Virus record (IMG/VR): IMGVR_UViG_3300048672_000219
Coordinates: 19,455-83,454 of that record
DNA from: a virus
Direction: 5' to 3' (one strand)
Length of the DNA: 64,000 nucleotides
Of this stretch, positions 11,471 through 23,500 are shown one piece after another (position 1 is the first letter of the stretch; the number at the start of each line of letters is the position of its first letter). Position numbers and translations under genes: made by a program. The notes below the pieces were generated by a model, which had not been told where the DNA came from, made no database searches, and saw only the letters and a list, made by a program, of their open reading frames with translations.

Positions 11471-11990
11471 TCCATCTCCTTAAAGTATTCCTTCATCACA
11501 TCATAATTTATTACAACACCCATCAAATTACCCTGCGTATCTTCTACAACAGTGTGGGCATCCTCAATATAGTATTCACTATGACTAGTACCATAAGCCA
11601 CATAACCTTTAGCCATAGCACCCTTCAACTCTTCCAATTCTTTCTCCAACTCTGCAATACGTGCTGCAATGCTCATCTCATTTCTCCTTAATTTCATCAT
11701 TAAAAATTGGCTCAAACACAACTGGTGAATACTCACACAGACGCTCCACTATAGCATGTTGTACAAGCTCTCGCAAGTCTTTTAGTTCACCTAGAGTGAA
11801 GTTTCCAATATAAGAAAACCTATCGTCAGAGTTGACTATCATTTTGCTTTGAAGCCACAACTCTAACTTCTCATTAGCATTGTCCATCACAACTCTCCTT
11901 ATGAATTTGTATAAGCCATTTTAGAGTATATTTTGGAGCATGTCAAGTGAATCCTTCACTAATTTCAAGTGTTATGAAATGTATAGGCGA

Positions 11991-12027
11991 AGAAAAGCCC
12001 ACCCGACCTGTTAGGGAGGGGTGGGCC
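11991..12027 (-). terminator. intrinsic terminator downstream of the 936-aa gene unit
   Basis: GCCCACCC...GGGTGGGC stem followed by a U tract on the minus strand. Confidence 0.7.
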
Positions 12028-12264
12028 AACTCTTAGTTTACAGATTTTTTAGTATCTTATTCAAGTCTTCTTCAGATAGAATTACTACTACGTCATCAAG
12101 TAGCGGATGTTTTATGTTGCCGCCATACTCATTAAACGCCGCAACAGAATACACTCCTTCTTCAAAAACATCAATCTGAAGTGTTCCTTGATCTACTGCA
12201 ACATTTGCTTGTTTGTGCATCGCACAACAGTCTTTGTTGCTCCATACTAAGTCTTTTACGTTCA

Positions 12265-15075
12265 TTACACATTTTCCTTTACTTCTTTAATGTAAACATT
12301 GCTCAGTTTAATAGTACCTTGTGCTGCAACTGCAACCGTAAGCTGATAAGGGAAATCAACCGCTGACGCACGTTTAATATTTGGAGAATAAGCTTTATTA
12401 TTATTTGATCCAAATATGGCAGTTTGTGCATCGGCTGTACCCGCTGTCACTTGCACTGCAAATACTGTGTCAACTGTACGCCGATAAGGGCTGGTAATTA
12501 CCACTTTACCAGCAACAGCCGATGCAGCGTTCCAAAACTCTGCTGGATAGGTCCCACTTGCCTTAATCGCTGCGTTGATGGCAGCAGCAACTTCAGCAGC
12601 AGTGACAGCAGTGTTAGAAACCGCCCCAGATGAACAGTCAATGTTTGAAATCACACCAACATTATCAATATTCAAGCTGATTTGTTTATTAGTAGACAAG
12701 TTAAATGGCTCGGCCACATTTCCAATAATCTGACCTAGTGGGTTCGCGTTGTCGTCATCAATAAAGAATCGCTGTACAACAGTTTGATTTCCATATACTG
12801 CATGAGATAGGAATCCTTCTGTGCCAGCAGTTTCTCTTGGCGAATTTAACGGTAGCAGTTTTCTAGATTTTACAATTTGCAGCCTCAAATACCCGCCAGA
12901 GGATACACCCACCATTTCAACATCCATACCCATTTCGTACTCTTTGCCACGTTCTAGGGTAATGTACTGTGTCACAGGATTGATAGATGCATTACTTGTT
13001 GTAGTGATTGTAAGAACACCATCTTGAGCAGTCATGGAGGCAATATTTGATGACGCCCCAGAAGTAACCCAGCCCGGAATCCTTGCACCTGCCCCACTAG
13101 GAACCCTAGTTTGATTACTTTCATCCACTAGCAAAGTTTCCCCTGAACTGACAAAGTGGGGGTTGAATACATAATTATCGGGGGCTGGAGCGCTTTGACG
13201 AGCCAAAGCAAATTCGTAAGGCGTCACTTGCTGAATTTTTCCTGCCTGTACTAATTTTTGTATGTAAGACAGAGCACCATTAAATGTGTATTCTGAACAG
13301 TCACCATACTCTGGGGCAATTGCTCCTGCTGTCAATCCCGTAAATTTACTGCTTCCGTCTGCATAAATACTGTGAATTAGTCGATTGATATAAAAACCTT
13401 TAGAATCTACCAAAGCGTCTAGTGCAGCACGTTCCCGCTGAAGTCCAACAACACTTGCTGAAATCGGTGCTCCATTGTAGCCTATTGTATTCTTTGCATT
13501 GTACGGCGATGCGCCTCGGAACAGCACGCTGCTAGAGTCGTGATTGGGTGAAGCTTGGGTGGACAGTCCAAATGCTGTGGCCGACCAACCAGAAACTGCT
13601 GAAACAGCATCAATAACCTGCTTGATAGTGGCATAAGCAGGCTGCTTCAAGTCAAACGAGAAGCTGTTAGGTGCTCCTGTCACAACACCATTCAAGAACC
13701 CTTTAGCATCTAATTCAATTGTCGCTGTACCAACACCAGAATAGTAGCACAAAATTCTAGGGCTATTAATGTTCTGATGAATGTGCGCATTTGGCTGCTT
13801 GGATGTGCGAGAAATCCCCATCACAGGGCCAACTGATATGAGATTTGGACTACAACGATGGCTAATAAATTTAGATGCCCCCGGAATTGTCCATGGGAAG
13901 TAGTTTGATCCAGATTGTATAAACCCTTTTAACTCAACACCGTTAGACGCTGCTGTGGCAGCACATGTCTCTTGTTGATTTTGAATCACTTTACTCCGAG
14001 ACATGTAGCAACTGTCCAAAGAAACAGTGCGTTGTCCTAACTCTAAATTTTCAAAGAATTTGAGGCATAGTGTGGACTCATTACCTGTCAGAGAGTTATA
14101 AGAACGAGAAGTCCAGTTAGACAAGTTTCCATTAGTGCAAAGATTGGCTGTCAAGCCACTTACACCCAAAGAGTTAATGGCAGATACCAGCGAAGATAAA
14201 GTTGTCTGAGTCAGCGCATTCCAGTTGGCCAGTTGCACCCCATCACCATACAAAGTGATGTTATTACTATTATAAGGGCGAGAAATAACCATGCGCTTGT
14301 AGGCTGTACCCTCGTATCGCAGAAGAATTGCACCACCACCCACTGAAAAACCGACAGCAGTAAATGGTAATTTTGTCAAAGTTATTGGAGAAACATGACC
14401 TAAAAGGTATGCCGATGGTGTTCCAGCAGGAAGCGATGTATCCACTTCACAACCCCACTTGCCAGTGGCATTAATAGCTGCTGCCAACAATTCTAACGTT
14501 GGATACGATGCCACTGGCAATGTTATGTTATCATTATTAGATGATGATACTAGCTGAACATTTGCTGGAACAGGTTGTGCTCCTACATTGGTATAAGTAA
14601 CTTGACCTGTTGCAGATGAATCATTTCCTGTATACCAAACAGCAATCCCCGTCGAAATTTGCTCCCAAATTGCCGGATGTTTTACGCCATGTGCGTGAAT
14701 CTCTGCGCCTGCATTTTTAATTTGTAGCAATTGCTGCCAACTTAGGCACCCATCGCCTGTTGGTGCTGCACCAGTTAATGGGTCTGTGCAAATTGCAATA
14801 TATGGCTTAATACCATAATTTTGATATGCTGCCATCATTCCGTCATCGCCTTTATTTCCGTACCATGCTCTGTACGCATGATCCCCACCAATCATGACCA
14901 TGGGCAGTGATCCGGTTGGTTTGTTTCTCATTACTGCTGCGACTTTACCACTTGTTGTGGTGGGGACAAAACCATCTGAAACAAATCCGGTTACGTAATT
15001 ACTACCTTGACCTTCATCAAATACAATCTCACCAAGCTCATTGACAGGCCATACTGTACTAGGCGTATTTGCCAT
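12265..15075 (-). CDS. 936-aa multidomain protein: split polysaccharide deacetylase (NodB/CE4-like) domain, beta-rich inserts and a carbohydrate-binding-like module
   Basis: MIGGDHAY (motif 1 variant), LSWQQLLQIKNAGAEIHAHGVKHP (motif 2), RLIHSI (motif 5), QQVTPYEF; NYVFNPHF...IPGW is a CBM-like start. Confidence 0.6.
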   Translation of the reverse strand: MANTPSTVWPVNELGEIVFDEGQGSNYVTGFVSDGFVPTTTSGKVAAVMRNKPTGSLPMVMIGGDHAYRAWYGNKGDDGMMAAYQNYGIKPYIAICTDPLTGAAPTGDGCLSWQQLLQIKNAGAEIHAHGVKHPAIWEQISTGIAVWYTGNDSSATGQVTYTNVGAQPVPANVQLVSSSNNDNITLPVASYPTLELLAAAINATGKWGCEVDTSLPAGTPSAYLLGHVSPITLTKLPFTAVGFSVGGGAILLRYEGTAYKRMVISRPYNSNNITLYGDGVQLANWNALTQTTLSSLVSAINSLGVSGLTANLCTNGNLSNWTSRSYNSLTGNESTLCLKFFENLELGQRTVSLDSCYMSRSKVIQNQQETCAATAASNGVELKGFIQSGSNYFPWTIPGASKFISHRCSPNLISVGPVMGISRTSKQPNAHIHQNINSPRILCYYSGVGTATIELDAKGFLNGVVTGAPNSFSFDLKQPAYATIKQVIDAVSAVSGWSATAFGLSTQASPNHDSSSVLFRGASPYNAKNTIGYNGAPISASVVGLQRERAALDALVDSKGFYINRLIHSIYADGSSKFTGLTAGAIAPEYGDCSEYTFNGALSYIQKLVQAGKIQQVTPYEFALARQSAPAPDNYVFNPHFVSSGETLLVDESNQTRVPSGAGARIPGWVTSGASSNIASMTAQDGVLTITTTSNASINPVTQYITLERGKEYEMGMDVEMVGVSSGGYLRLQIVKSRKLLPLNSPRETAGTEGFLSHAVYGNQTVVQRFFIDDDNANPLGQIIGNVAEPFNLSTNKQISLNIDNVGVISNIDCSSGAVSNTAVTAAEVAAAINAAIKASGTYPAEFWNAASAVAGKVVITSPYRRTVDTVFAVQVTAGTADAQTAIFGSNNNKAYSPNIKRASAVDFPYQLTVAVAAQGTIKLSNVYIKEVKENV

Positions 15076-15177
15076 ACTAAATCCTCTCTATAAACGCCAA
15101 AAGCCCTCATACGAGAGCCATTAGCTTTTGTTTCCTTTGCGCAAAGGGGCTTACACACAATATGCAAGCCAGAGAGG

Positions 15178-15206
15178 ATTATAACAGAGGAAGCTCTATT
15201 TGTCAA
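15178..15206 (-). promoter_or_regulatory. sigma70 promoter of the 936-aa gene
   Basis: TTGACA-17-TATAAT. Confidence 0.85.
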
Positions 15207-15317
15207 TATGCAACAAATTCTAGCCTCGCAGCAAACAATACAACACAAATCCCCACAATGCAATATTAAACAGCATTGAAATAATGAATTCAATGTTTAG
15301 TGATTTTAGGAAAGCTT

Positions 15318-18300
15318 TCATACAAAGTCCTTTGCATCAAAATTAATCATCCCACCTTCAAAGACACTCTCGTAGCCTAGAATCATGGATTCTCCAAATA
15401 TACGAAATAAATGCCACAGTTGTTCTCGCAGAACAGTTCCTTCTTCCATCGTAGTGAGTTTGTAATACTCTGGAATTTTTCTATTCTGCTGGTACTCATT
15501 ATAAATCTGTGCTCCACGCTTTGTCAATACCACTTCTACGTAATTATTGAAGTTGAATTTCATAATCTCTCCCTAGTTCTCAAATGTTGTTTCAATTCAT
15601 AAGGAATACTGTCTTGTTCATCAAATATAACTTTGTGAACCTCTATACCCATGATTCTTTGTGGCGCTGATACAAAAATGCTGCTGCCGTTATTGAACAG
15701 TATTTCTCCAGTTTTGTCTTTTATGAGAACATCTTCCCATATAACTTCTGAGTTGTCAACATAAGAAAGAACATCCTTAACAGATTGTTGAGAGCTACAG
15801 AAGAATGCCACTTTTGTATTAGGATTTGTAAAGCAAACCCTTGCGGCTTGCAGGAGCTTAGATCGGTTTTCTGAGTTCATATTATCCCTCAATCAAATGT
15901 CCAAATACATCACTGCCAATATCCCTAGCATCACGTTTCTTGCCAGTGTAAGGATTGTACAGCCAAGCCACTTTGCCATGCCATTGGCGATATTGTTCTG
16001 CTTCACTAGGAAAGACATCCTTCTTCTCGCCTGTCACTGGATCGTATTGCATTAGTCCTTTTACAATAGGAGTTGGGCAGTACGGATTGCATTCTTCCAT
16101 GTCAATATCAAACTCAACACCAATAGGAGCTCCGCGTGGCATCCAAGAAGTAATTGAAACATTTCTGATGTAGAATTTAGTACCAAGAAATTCTACAGGA
16201 GTTCTCGATTCTCCTGCATCGGAGAGTTTCTCGTGAAAGTTATTCACATCGTCTTTAGTTACGAGTACTTTCATTTTATTCTCCTAGAAATTCCTTAATA
16301 TTCTTCATGTGCTGAATACTGTCAGCGGTGTGATACGACACACGAAGTAGTTCTTTAGCTTGCTTCAGGGCTTGCTGGAGTGAAGCAATTTGATCTTTGG
16401 CTAAAGCTAGCTCAGTTTCGTTGTCGGCTCTTGTCTGATGACTTGCCCATTCTTCAAACAATTCAAAACGAGACTCCATCCAACTAAGCTTTCCACCGTC
16501 GATGTAGTATTCTGGTTCGGGATGACTATAGGGAACAATACCAGTAATCTCGTAAGTTTCTCCAATTTGCAATTCATACTCGGCAAAATCAACATTTTTG
16601 CAAACCACTTTGTCACCGATTTTGTATTTAGTCATCCCCATCCTCCATTTCAGCAATCTTCAATGCTATATGCCCCATTAACATGCCTCCGAGAAAGCCA
16701 ACCAAATTGTTAAATACTGTGCTTTCCATATTGTAGGTAATTATACCAAAAATGTAGAAAGAAGCAACAATTGCCATCCATTTAATACGTATCATTTCAA
16801 TGCCCTTTCACCAATTGTGCTGCATATTCAATCAAATACATCTTAGGAGCAATTAGAATTTTTAGCCATTCTTCGAGGAAATCTACTTCTGTCACTTGAC
16901 TGGCTGGCGCGGCCTGCGCGGTTTCTCCACTTCGTGTCGTTGTGGGCTGGGTGGCAAGAATTTGACCTAGTGCCCAATCTAAATTTTGAGCAATCGCACC
17001 AAAGTCTGCCGATTCAGGAATACGTGCAACAGCAAACGAATTCATTGCCAAATCACGAGCATCTTTCAAAGCACGAATTACGTCTTTGTCCATCTCACTC
17101 CCCTTTATTAAAATCACGTTTGTCTTTAGCAGGACGCTGCCATTCATGTTTCTCTCGTTTCATTTTCACATTCTCTTTAGGCTTCTTTACAAGTTTTACG
17201 AACGTCGAATTAGATTGCATTTTGTGTCTTTCTAAATTGTTTATCGTGAACATATTGTGACAGGGATTTTTGAGGCTGTCAACAGAAATTTATATATTGT
17301 GTTTAACAGCGTCTGGAAACATCCACAAAGGCTTTGTCAAGTCAGCTATCTTCTGGTTGAGCCACATTTCCTCTGCTAGAGGGTATTGCTTGATTGTGAA
17401 ACAATTACGTTCAAATCCTTTACGCTTTCCATCCTCAATAATGTTTGTAGGATAGACAACAAAACTCTTTCCGTCCTTATCCTTTGCCATGCAAGGCTCT
17501 GCTACAACACACATGTCGTGGTTGTTGTAGGATTTGTCAGCAGCATTATGAATTGTGCATATAGTGCCAACAGGGACGTATGTGAAGCTCCCGTATGTGT
17601 AATTATCGTAGAGGGACATTATGTTCCTACCTTTTCTTTATCAATCAAATTCCAAACAGAACCGTGAATTGGTGGATAGAATTCACTCATGGCAAACTTA
17701 CTCCATCGTCTGTGGCGTCGTTTCTGCTTGTGTTCAAAATCATCACATGGTCGGTAATATCCTGCATAGTAACCCTCTCGTTTGTTACGCGATTGTATAA
17801 CTTTCATTTGGTTCTCTCCTAAGAAAAGAGGAATGCAACAAGTATAATAAGCATATCGATAGTTATGCCCACCAATCCCCCTATAAACAAACCGTCGAAA
17901 ATGGCCTCATCATATCCACGAATGGCTCCACGGATGCCGCCTACAGCAGTAGACAACAATAGCACAATAACTAAAGCCTTAACGGCCAAAATATCATTAC
18001 TGTGTTCTTTTGGATGCAGATATTGCACACATTCAGCATAGCTTTGCATAGCTTCCGTAGAAGCATTCTTGCTGTCATATTTATCAATCACTAGCTGGCA
18101 TTGTTCCGCATGTGATTGTGCTGCCATATTAGCGTTAATTGCTGCTATGTTTGCATTTGTTGCTGCTGTGGTTGCTACAATTAATGCTGTGCTCATTTGT
18201 TTTCTCCTTAATTAAGTAGAGCTAATCAGTTCATCTTCAAGCCACAATTCAATGCTCTGAACATCTTCATACATTGGATCGCCGCCAGTATAGACGGAGT

Positions 18301-18427
18301 TTGTAACAGTTTTGATCTGTAAGTTTTCTCGTAGGTAGTCTTTCACATCCTCAAGGAATGCTTCTTTACGAGCTTTGCTGGTCATTTCTTCCATTGTCAT
18401 TTTGTTCTCTCCTATAAATTCCCACAA
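15318..18427 (-). CDS. cluster of short hypothetical proteins (including membrane protein 17819-18196)
   Basis: Co-oriented ORFs with GGAG RBS; two transmembrane-like helices in 17819-18196. Confidence 0.55.
15560..15892 (-). CDS. small protein resembling part of a terminase ATPase domain (no Walker A)
   Basis: KVAFFC...ILFNNGSSIFVS...RIMGIEVHKVIFDEQ parallels TerL RAVFIR...TFPSGATVQF...GGQYSLVVFDEAQ. Confidence 0.5.
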   Translation of the reverse strand: MRDNMNSENRSKLLQAARVCFTNPNTKVAFFCSSQQSVKDVLSYVDNSEVIWEDVLIKDKTGEILFNNGSSIFVSAPQRIMGIEVHKVIFDEQDSIPYELKQHLRTRERL

Positions 18428-18524
18428 GCCCTATGCTCATGTGATGTGTATTGTTGCATGGATTTGATTGTGTGTCAAGCTTGTCTCCACAAATAATAAA
18501 GCCTCCCCAAAAGGGAGGCCATTG

Positions 18525-18707
18525 TCATTGAAGCTGTGCTTCCAGTTTACGTTGCTGCATGAGAACAAAAGCGAGTTCAAGCTTTTCGCCCAGAGGTTTG
18601 CCGCGATGACGCTTACGAATAGAGTGTACAGCTTGAGCACTAGCACGTTGGAAGTGCGTTGCAATCTGTTCCACAGTGGCGAGTTCGTAGTTGAAATGAG
18701 TTGCCAT
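18525..18707 (-). CDS. small hypothetical protein (paralogue of 9844-10029)
   Basis: FNYELATVEQIA motif; own promoter; terminator GCCTCCC-TTTT-GGGGAGGC plus U tract at about 18497-18520. Confidence 0.7.
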   Translation of the reverse strand: MATHFNYELATVEQIATHFQRASAQAVHSIRKRHRGKPLGEKLELAFVLMQQRKLEAQLQ

Positions 18708-18736
18708 GAAATTTCCTTAGAGGTTAATGATACGAC

Positions 18737-18810
18737 ATTATAACAGACCAGTTTAGAAAAGTCAATACAAAATGCTAAAACTTGACAAAAGTTTACAATC
18801 ATGTTATAAT
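18737..18810. promoter_or_regulatory. divergent sigma70 promoter pair at the strand switch
   Basis: Minus: TTGACT-17-TATAAT (18765-18737). Plus: TTGACA-17-TATAAT (18782-18810). Confidence 0.85.
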
Positions 18811-18851
18811 TCTGTTAGGTGATATTGCCGTATTGACATAGAGGATTTAGG

Positions 18852-19907
18852 ATGAAAGAGGATAAGAAAATTGCCAGAGTTGGTGATAAGTATATGCTGA
18901 AATGTGGAGTAGAAGTTGAAATTGTTGAAATAATTTCAAACAAAGATGTATTAGTTACTGACGGAAAAGCTTTTAAGAATTGTCGGTTTTACAATTTAGT
19001 AAAAGGAGGTGTCGCATGGATCGTTGACGGTATTTTACGCACTGCGTACTACACTGGAAATGTAAAGAAATGTGAGCCGCCGGTTAAAGTTGGTGAGATT
19101 TTCAAATTAAATTGTGGAGTGTCTGTCTCAATTAAAGAGTATTTAGGGAGCGACAGAGTTTTAGTAGAGGATGAGCATCAAAATTTAAAAAACGTATCTC
19201 TTAGTTCACTGAGAAAAGGTCATGTTTCGTGGCTTGGAAAAACTAAAACAGAGGTGAATAGACCACCAGTTGAGATAAACATAGGAGATGTGTTTTCAAG
19301 TAAAAGATTCGGTGAGTTTGAGATAATAGGGTACTCTTTCCATAAGAAAAACTTATTTAATGTCAGATTTAAAAATTCTGGCGGTGCTATGTGGAATGTA
19401 TCTGCTGTATCCATCTTAAAAGGTACACTTTCCGACAGAAGTAAAGAGCATGTGTTCAGAAATAAACCCTATAGGCTAGGTGGTAGATTTTATTCAACGG
19501 TTTCTGGGTGGTGTACAGTAATTGACTTAGAGTCAAGTACGAACATTACTGTACAATGGGATCACACAGGAAACATTCAAAAGACATCATATAGAACTCT
19601 AAAGAAAACTACATTCTGTGAAAATGTTAAGGAAAGTCCTTTGTTTGAGCCAAAAGGACATTACGTTTACATCGCTAAAACTGGTGGGGAGATTGTTTAT
19701 ATCGGTTCTGGAAAAGAACAAAGGTACATGCATTGTATAGACGGAAGATCGAGTAACTACGACCTTAATAGATTGCATTTCAGTAAATACAAAGTTGAAG
19801 TCGAGATTTTCAAAGAGGGTCTTACTAAAAGAGAAGCCCTTGATCTTGAACTATCTTTAATTAGAAAACATAATCCAATTTGTAATATATCTGGTAAATC
19901 TGATTAA
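18852..19907 (+). CDS. putative endonuclease: N-terminal repeats plus C-terminal GIY-YIG domain
   Basis: Repeats of VG..F....G.VEI.E...(K)NV...L.KG; C-terminal HYVYIAK...VYIGSGK..RY...ALDLELSLIRKHNPICN. Confidence 0.7.
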   Translation: MKEDKKIARVGDKYMLKCGVEVEIVEIISNKDVLVTDGKAFKNCRFYNLVKGGVAWIVDGILRTAYYTGNVKKCEPPVKVGEIFKLNCGVSVSIKEYLGSDRVLVEDEHQNLKNVSLSSLRKGHVSWLGKTKTEVNRPPVEINIGDVFSSKRFGEFEIIGYSFHKKNLFNVRFKNSGGAMWNVSAVSILKGTLSDRSKEHVFRNKPYRLGGRFYSTVSGWCTVIDLESSTNITVQWDHTGNIQKTSYRTLKKTTFCENVKESPLFEPKGHYVYIAKTGGEIVYIGSGKEQRYMHCIDGRSSNYDLNRLHFSKYKVEVEIFKEGLTKREALDLELSLIRKHNPICNISGKSD

Positions 19908-19999
19908 ATCGTTAAAACTTTTCTAAGTGGTGGATTTTCAAAAAGTACTCGACTCGTTCAAGTGTCGTGAAAAAATGATCCACCGCATTTTCCAGAAAC

Positions 20000-20034
20000 T
20001 TTCATTTTGGAATTTGAATTTTCATTTTGGAATT
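20000..20034. repeat. 15-bp direct repeat TTTCATTTTGGAATT x2 in an A/T-tract non-coding region
   Basis: Copies at 20000-20014 and 20020-20034 (20-bp period). Confidence 0.85.
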
Positions 20035-20514
20035 AATTTCGTCAAAACTCCCTGAAAAATTTTAGCCCTTATTAGAGAAAATTTAGATAGTGCGCTACAT
20101 AAATTGATGACATAATTACAATATTGTCAGATTGTCTTGCCAGAGTGTCAATTTCTCAACAGCAATGTTGCTATTATGCAAGACGAGCGATGCCATTGTC
20201 GCTTTTATGCAACATTCTGAAATTAAAAAGCAAACGCGCAGGAGTGACGCTGCGTCGCCAACGCATAATTGAATTCTACTCTTCTCACAGGAAAACGCAA
20301 GCGGAATTTAAATTTATTTTGGGAATTTGCAACATGAAAATATGACGAGCAGGAGTGACTTAGACGATCGGTGCTTTCATGTCGCAGCAAAGCATCACCG
20401 TTAGACATATAGTATTACAAATTCCTGAATCGTGCAAAGCTTATTTGCATTTGTCGCATAAATGTTACGTTATGCCCTGTAATGTCTTTTCTATGCATCA
20501 TATGCACAAAAAGC

Positions 20515-23500
20515 TTGCCATGCTGGAGAATGCTGTATATTATGGCTACATGTCCTGTAGCACAGGGCTACATGTTCAACGCAATACACGAAAGGCAAGC
20601 CATGAATAACTACTCGCAAAAGACCATCGCCGAACTACTGTATATCCAACAGGATGCATACGAGGCCGCACAATGCGCTAAAAGCTTAGGCAACAAAGAA
20701 GCGGAAGCCAAATATCTGGATCAGGTGAACGACGCCTCCAGCGAACTGCATAAACGTCAGAAAGGGAATTAATTATGGTAACGATCAATAAACAGGTGGA
20801 AGCTGTCAAGCTTGTACAGTACATTAATAATGACGTGCGAATGGGGTTTAGTGCCACCTCGCATTACGATACCGTATTATTATCTTTTACAGGATACGGT
20901 GAAGAGTTTGAAATTTCCCTAGAATTTTCCCATGAATACAAAGTATGGATGCTAGATTTTTGCCAGTATTCTGTAAAAGGGCGATTACCTAACTTTGCTA
21001 GTCATAAGTCACAGCTAGGCTTTATCACACTGGCGATTGCTAAGTACAATGTCGCATTAGAAAAACGCCTATCAAAATAAACTCTTGCAATAGCTCTAAA
21101 GCGTGATATACTAGAGCCAATTCAACGCACAAAGGAATATCATGTCAGATAGTAAAGCTAAACATACAGCATGGCGTTATTTCAACGGCAAACAAATTGG
21201 TTATGTAGAATCATTTGATTGGTCGCCATTCCGCAAAGGCGATCCATACAGCTACACTAACGATCATGCCAAAGCCTTACAAATGACTGAATCGCAATGC
21301 CGTAAATTTTGCAAGTATATGTCGGATTGCGGTACTATTGGATTCTGGAGCTAATATCATGTCAGACAATATCGCAATTCTTGACGGCTACACAGAGCCA
21401 TACATGGCATATAGCAGTAATGGTGAATACGAGATACCTATTCTCGTCAAGTCTGACACAGATTTTGATAGTTGTTTTAAAGCATGGGACAGTGACGAGC
21501 AAAAATATATCTCAATCTTAGGCTGGCTATGGGATTGCGAACCTGTTACAGAGGATAACTGACATGACTAAGCTAATGAGCATACAGGCCGCGTTTAACG
21601 GCGGTCTAGCAGCCTTTTACCGGCACTGCCTTCGCTACGGAACAGTGACACAATACCGTGATTATCTGGATGAATCTGGCGCGGAATGCCGTGATGTTTC
21701 TGTTATCATCCAAGGGCATTTTGCTGTGATAACTAAGCGGCGTGGTGAAGTGGTAGCAGCGCAATATTATTCTAACTGAAGGCATATTATGAAAATCGAA
21801 TCAAGCAATATGACACATGAAGAGTATTTCCGTTTAAACGGCATACTGTCCATAGAACGCACTGAGCAAGTATTACAGGCGCTACAAGAGGCGCAAGCAT
21901 TGGACGTGCGAGAATTTGCCGCCTATGCTCAAGAGGCGCGCTCAGGCTTTGCCAGTGAAGATTTTCTAGTGCCAGAAGTGATATTGTTGCGCCAGCTAGC
22001 AAAGCGCTTGAGAGGCGACAATAAGCAAGATTTGCTAGTCATCATCGAAGTGATCGAAAACGAATTGCAACAATTACAAAGTAGTGCGGAATATGCAAAC
22101 GATCAATTGTCTAACATTGTGCGCACTGTTACAAAATAACGATTGACAGGCTGAAATATGCCTGTTATTCTAAGCACATATAGACAAATTCCTGAAAGGC
22201 TGCAAAATGAAAAACTACAATCTCCCTAAAGCCAAAGCGCAACAGGCTATTAAATCAGCCGATGACGCATTGTATAGCCAACACTACAAAGGTATTTTTG
22301 ATGAGTCTGACCCTAATCATCCAAAATATAATAACGGCTACAATTACGCTACAGGTCAATTTGTAAGCCTGTTCGGATATTCTGAAAATGAATTGCTTGC
22401 TAAACAACACAAATAAGGGCTACAAAATGAAAGCACGTTTCCCTATTGGCTTAGTGTTCCAGCGTAAGCGGTTTCATAAAGCCAAAGAATTAACAGAGTA
22501 CACAATCAAAGATATTTACAAGACATTCAACAATGCCGGTGAATGTGTCAAGCTGGAGTATCTTGTTACACATGAATTCTTTGGGCAAGAAATAGGCGAA
22601 ATGATGGTTGATACAACAATCGCCCGAAGCTTGACGAATGCGCAATTAGCAGAATTTTTGTAAATAATTCTTGCAAAGCCTGAAATTGTATGTAATAATG
22701 GTTTCAGGCTAACAAAACAGAGGAAATACCATCATGTACACTCACAAAATCAGCTACACTAAACAATTTCTTTCCGGTAATCTGGCAGGTTTTAAAGTGG
22801 AAGAGAATTTTCGCACTACCTCCGATGCACTACAATTGCATATTGCAAAATTTACCAAAGTAAATAAGAAATTTATTGTAAGTAATGTTACTGTGGAGAA
22901 AATTTAATGAAACTACAAAGATGGTATGAAGTGATCGAAGGAATAGCTTATATCTACGATTCAGGACATAAGAGATATTCCCTCAGTGTTTCTATCGTAC
23001 CGGTTGCGGATTTGCAATATTACAAAAACAATTTTATACTTCGGAAAATTTGGAGCTAATTCTTGCCGCCTTCGGGCGGCTTTATTTTATCTATTGCATT
23101 ATAAATACAACGCCCGCTCTCGCCTTAGAGCTGCTCCTAAGTGGACACGCTATGAATTAATTATAATCCCACTTCCTGAATCCAGCAAGCCCTATTTTGC
23201 TCATGCCACAAATAAACAACAAAATAAATTTTGTGGCGAATATGCACAAAACGCTTGCTTAATTTTCTGAAGGGGCTATAATTACTTACATCAACAACGC
23301 AACCGGAGAAAATCAAATGTCCAATCTTACTAAAGCCGCTTACCTGAAAGCACGTCGTTGCGTGCTGCTGTCGAGCATCGCTGACCGTATCTGTGACGAT
23401 CTGCCATACGGCAACCAAATGCAAGAGTTAGACAAAGTGGAAATGGCTATCAAGGCGCTCGGCTTTGATCCTCTCAAACCTCTGTAATAGGCGACAAAAT

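Noticed and set aside
15076-15175. Structured leader of the 936-aa gene as a c-di-GMP riboswitch
   Set aside because: Hairpins exist (AAGCCC/GGGCTT, CCTTTG-CG-CAAAGG), but the conserved GGCAAAC...GAAA...GACGCAAAGC core is not properly matched; it would need an Rfam search.
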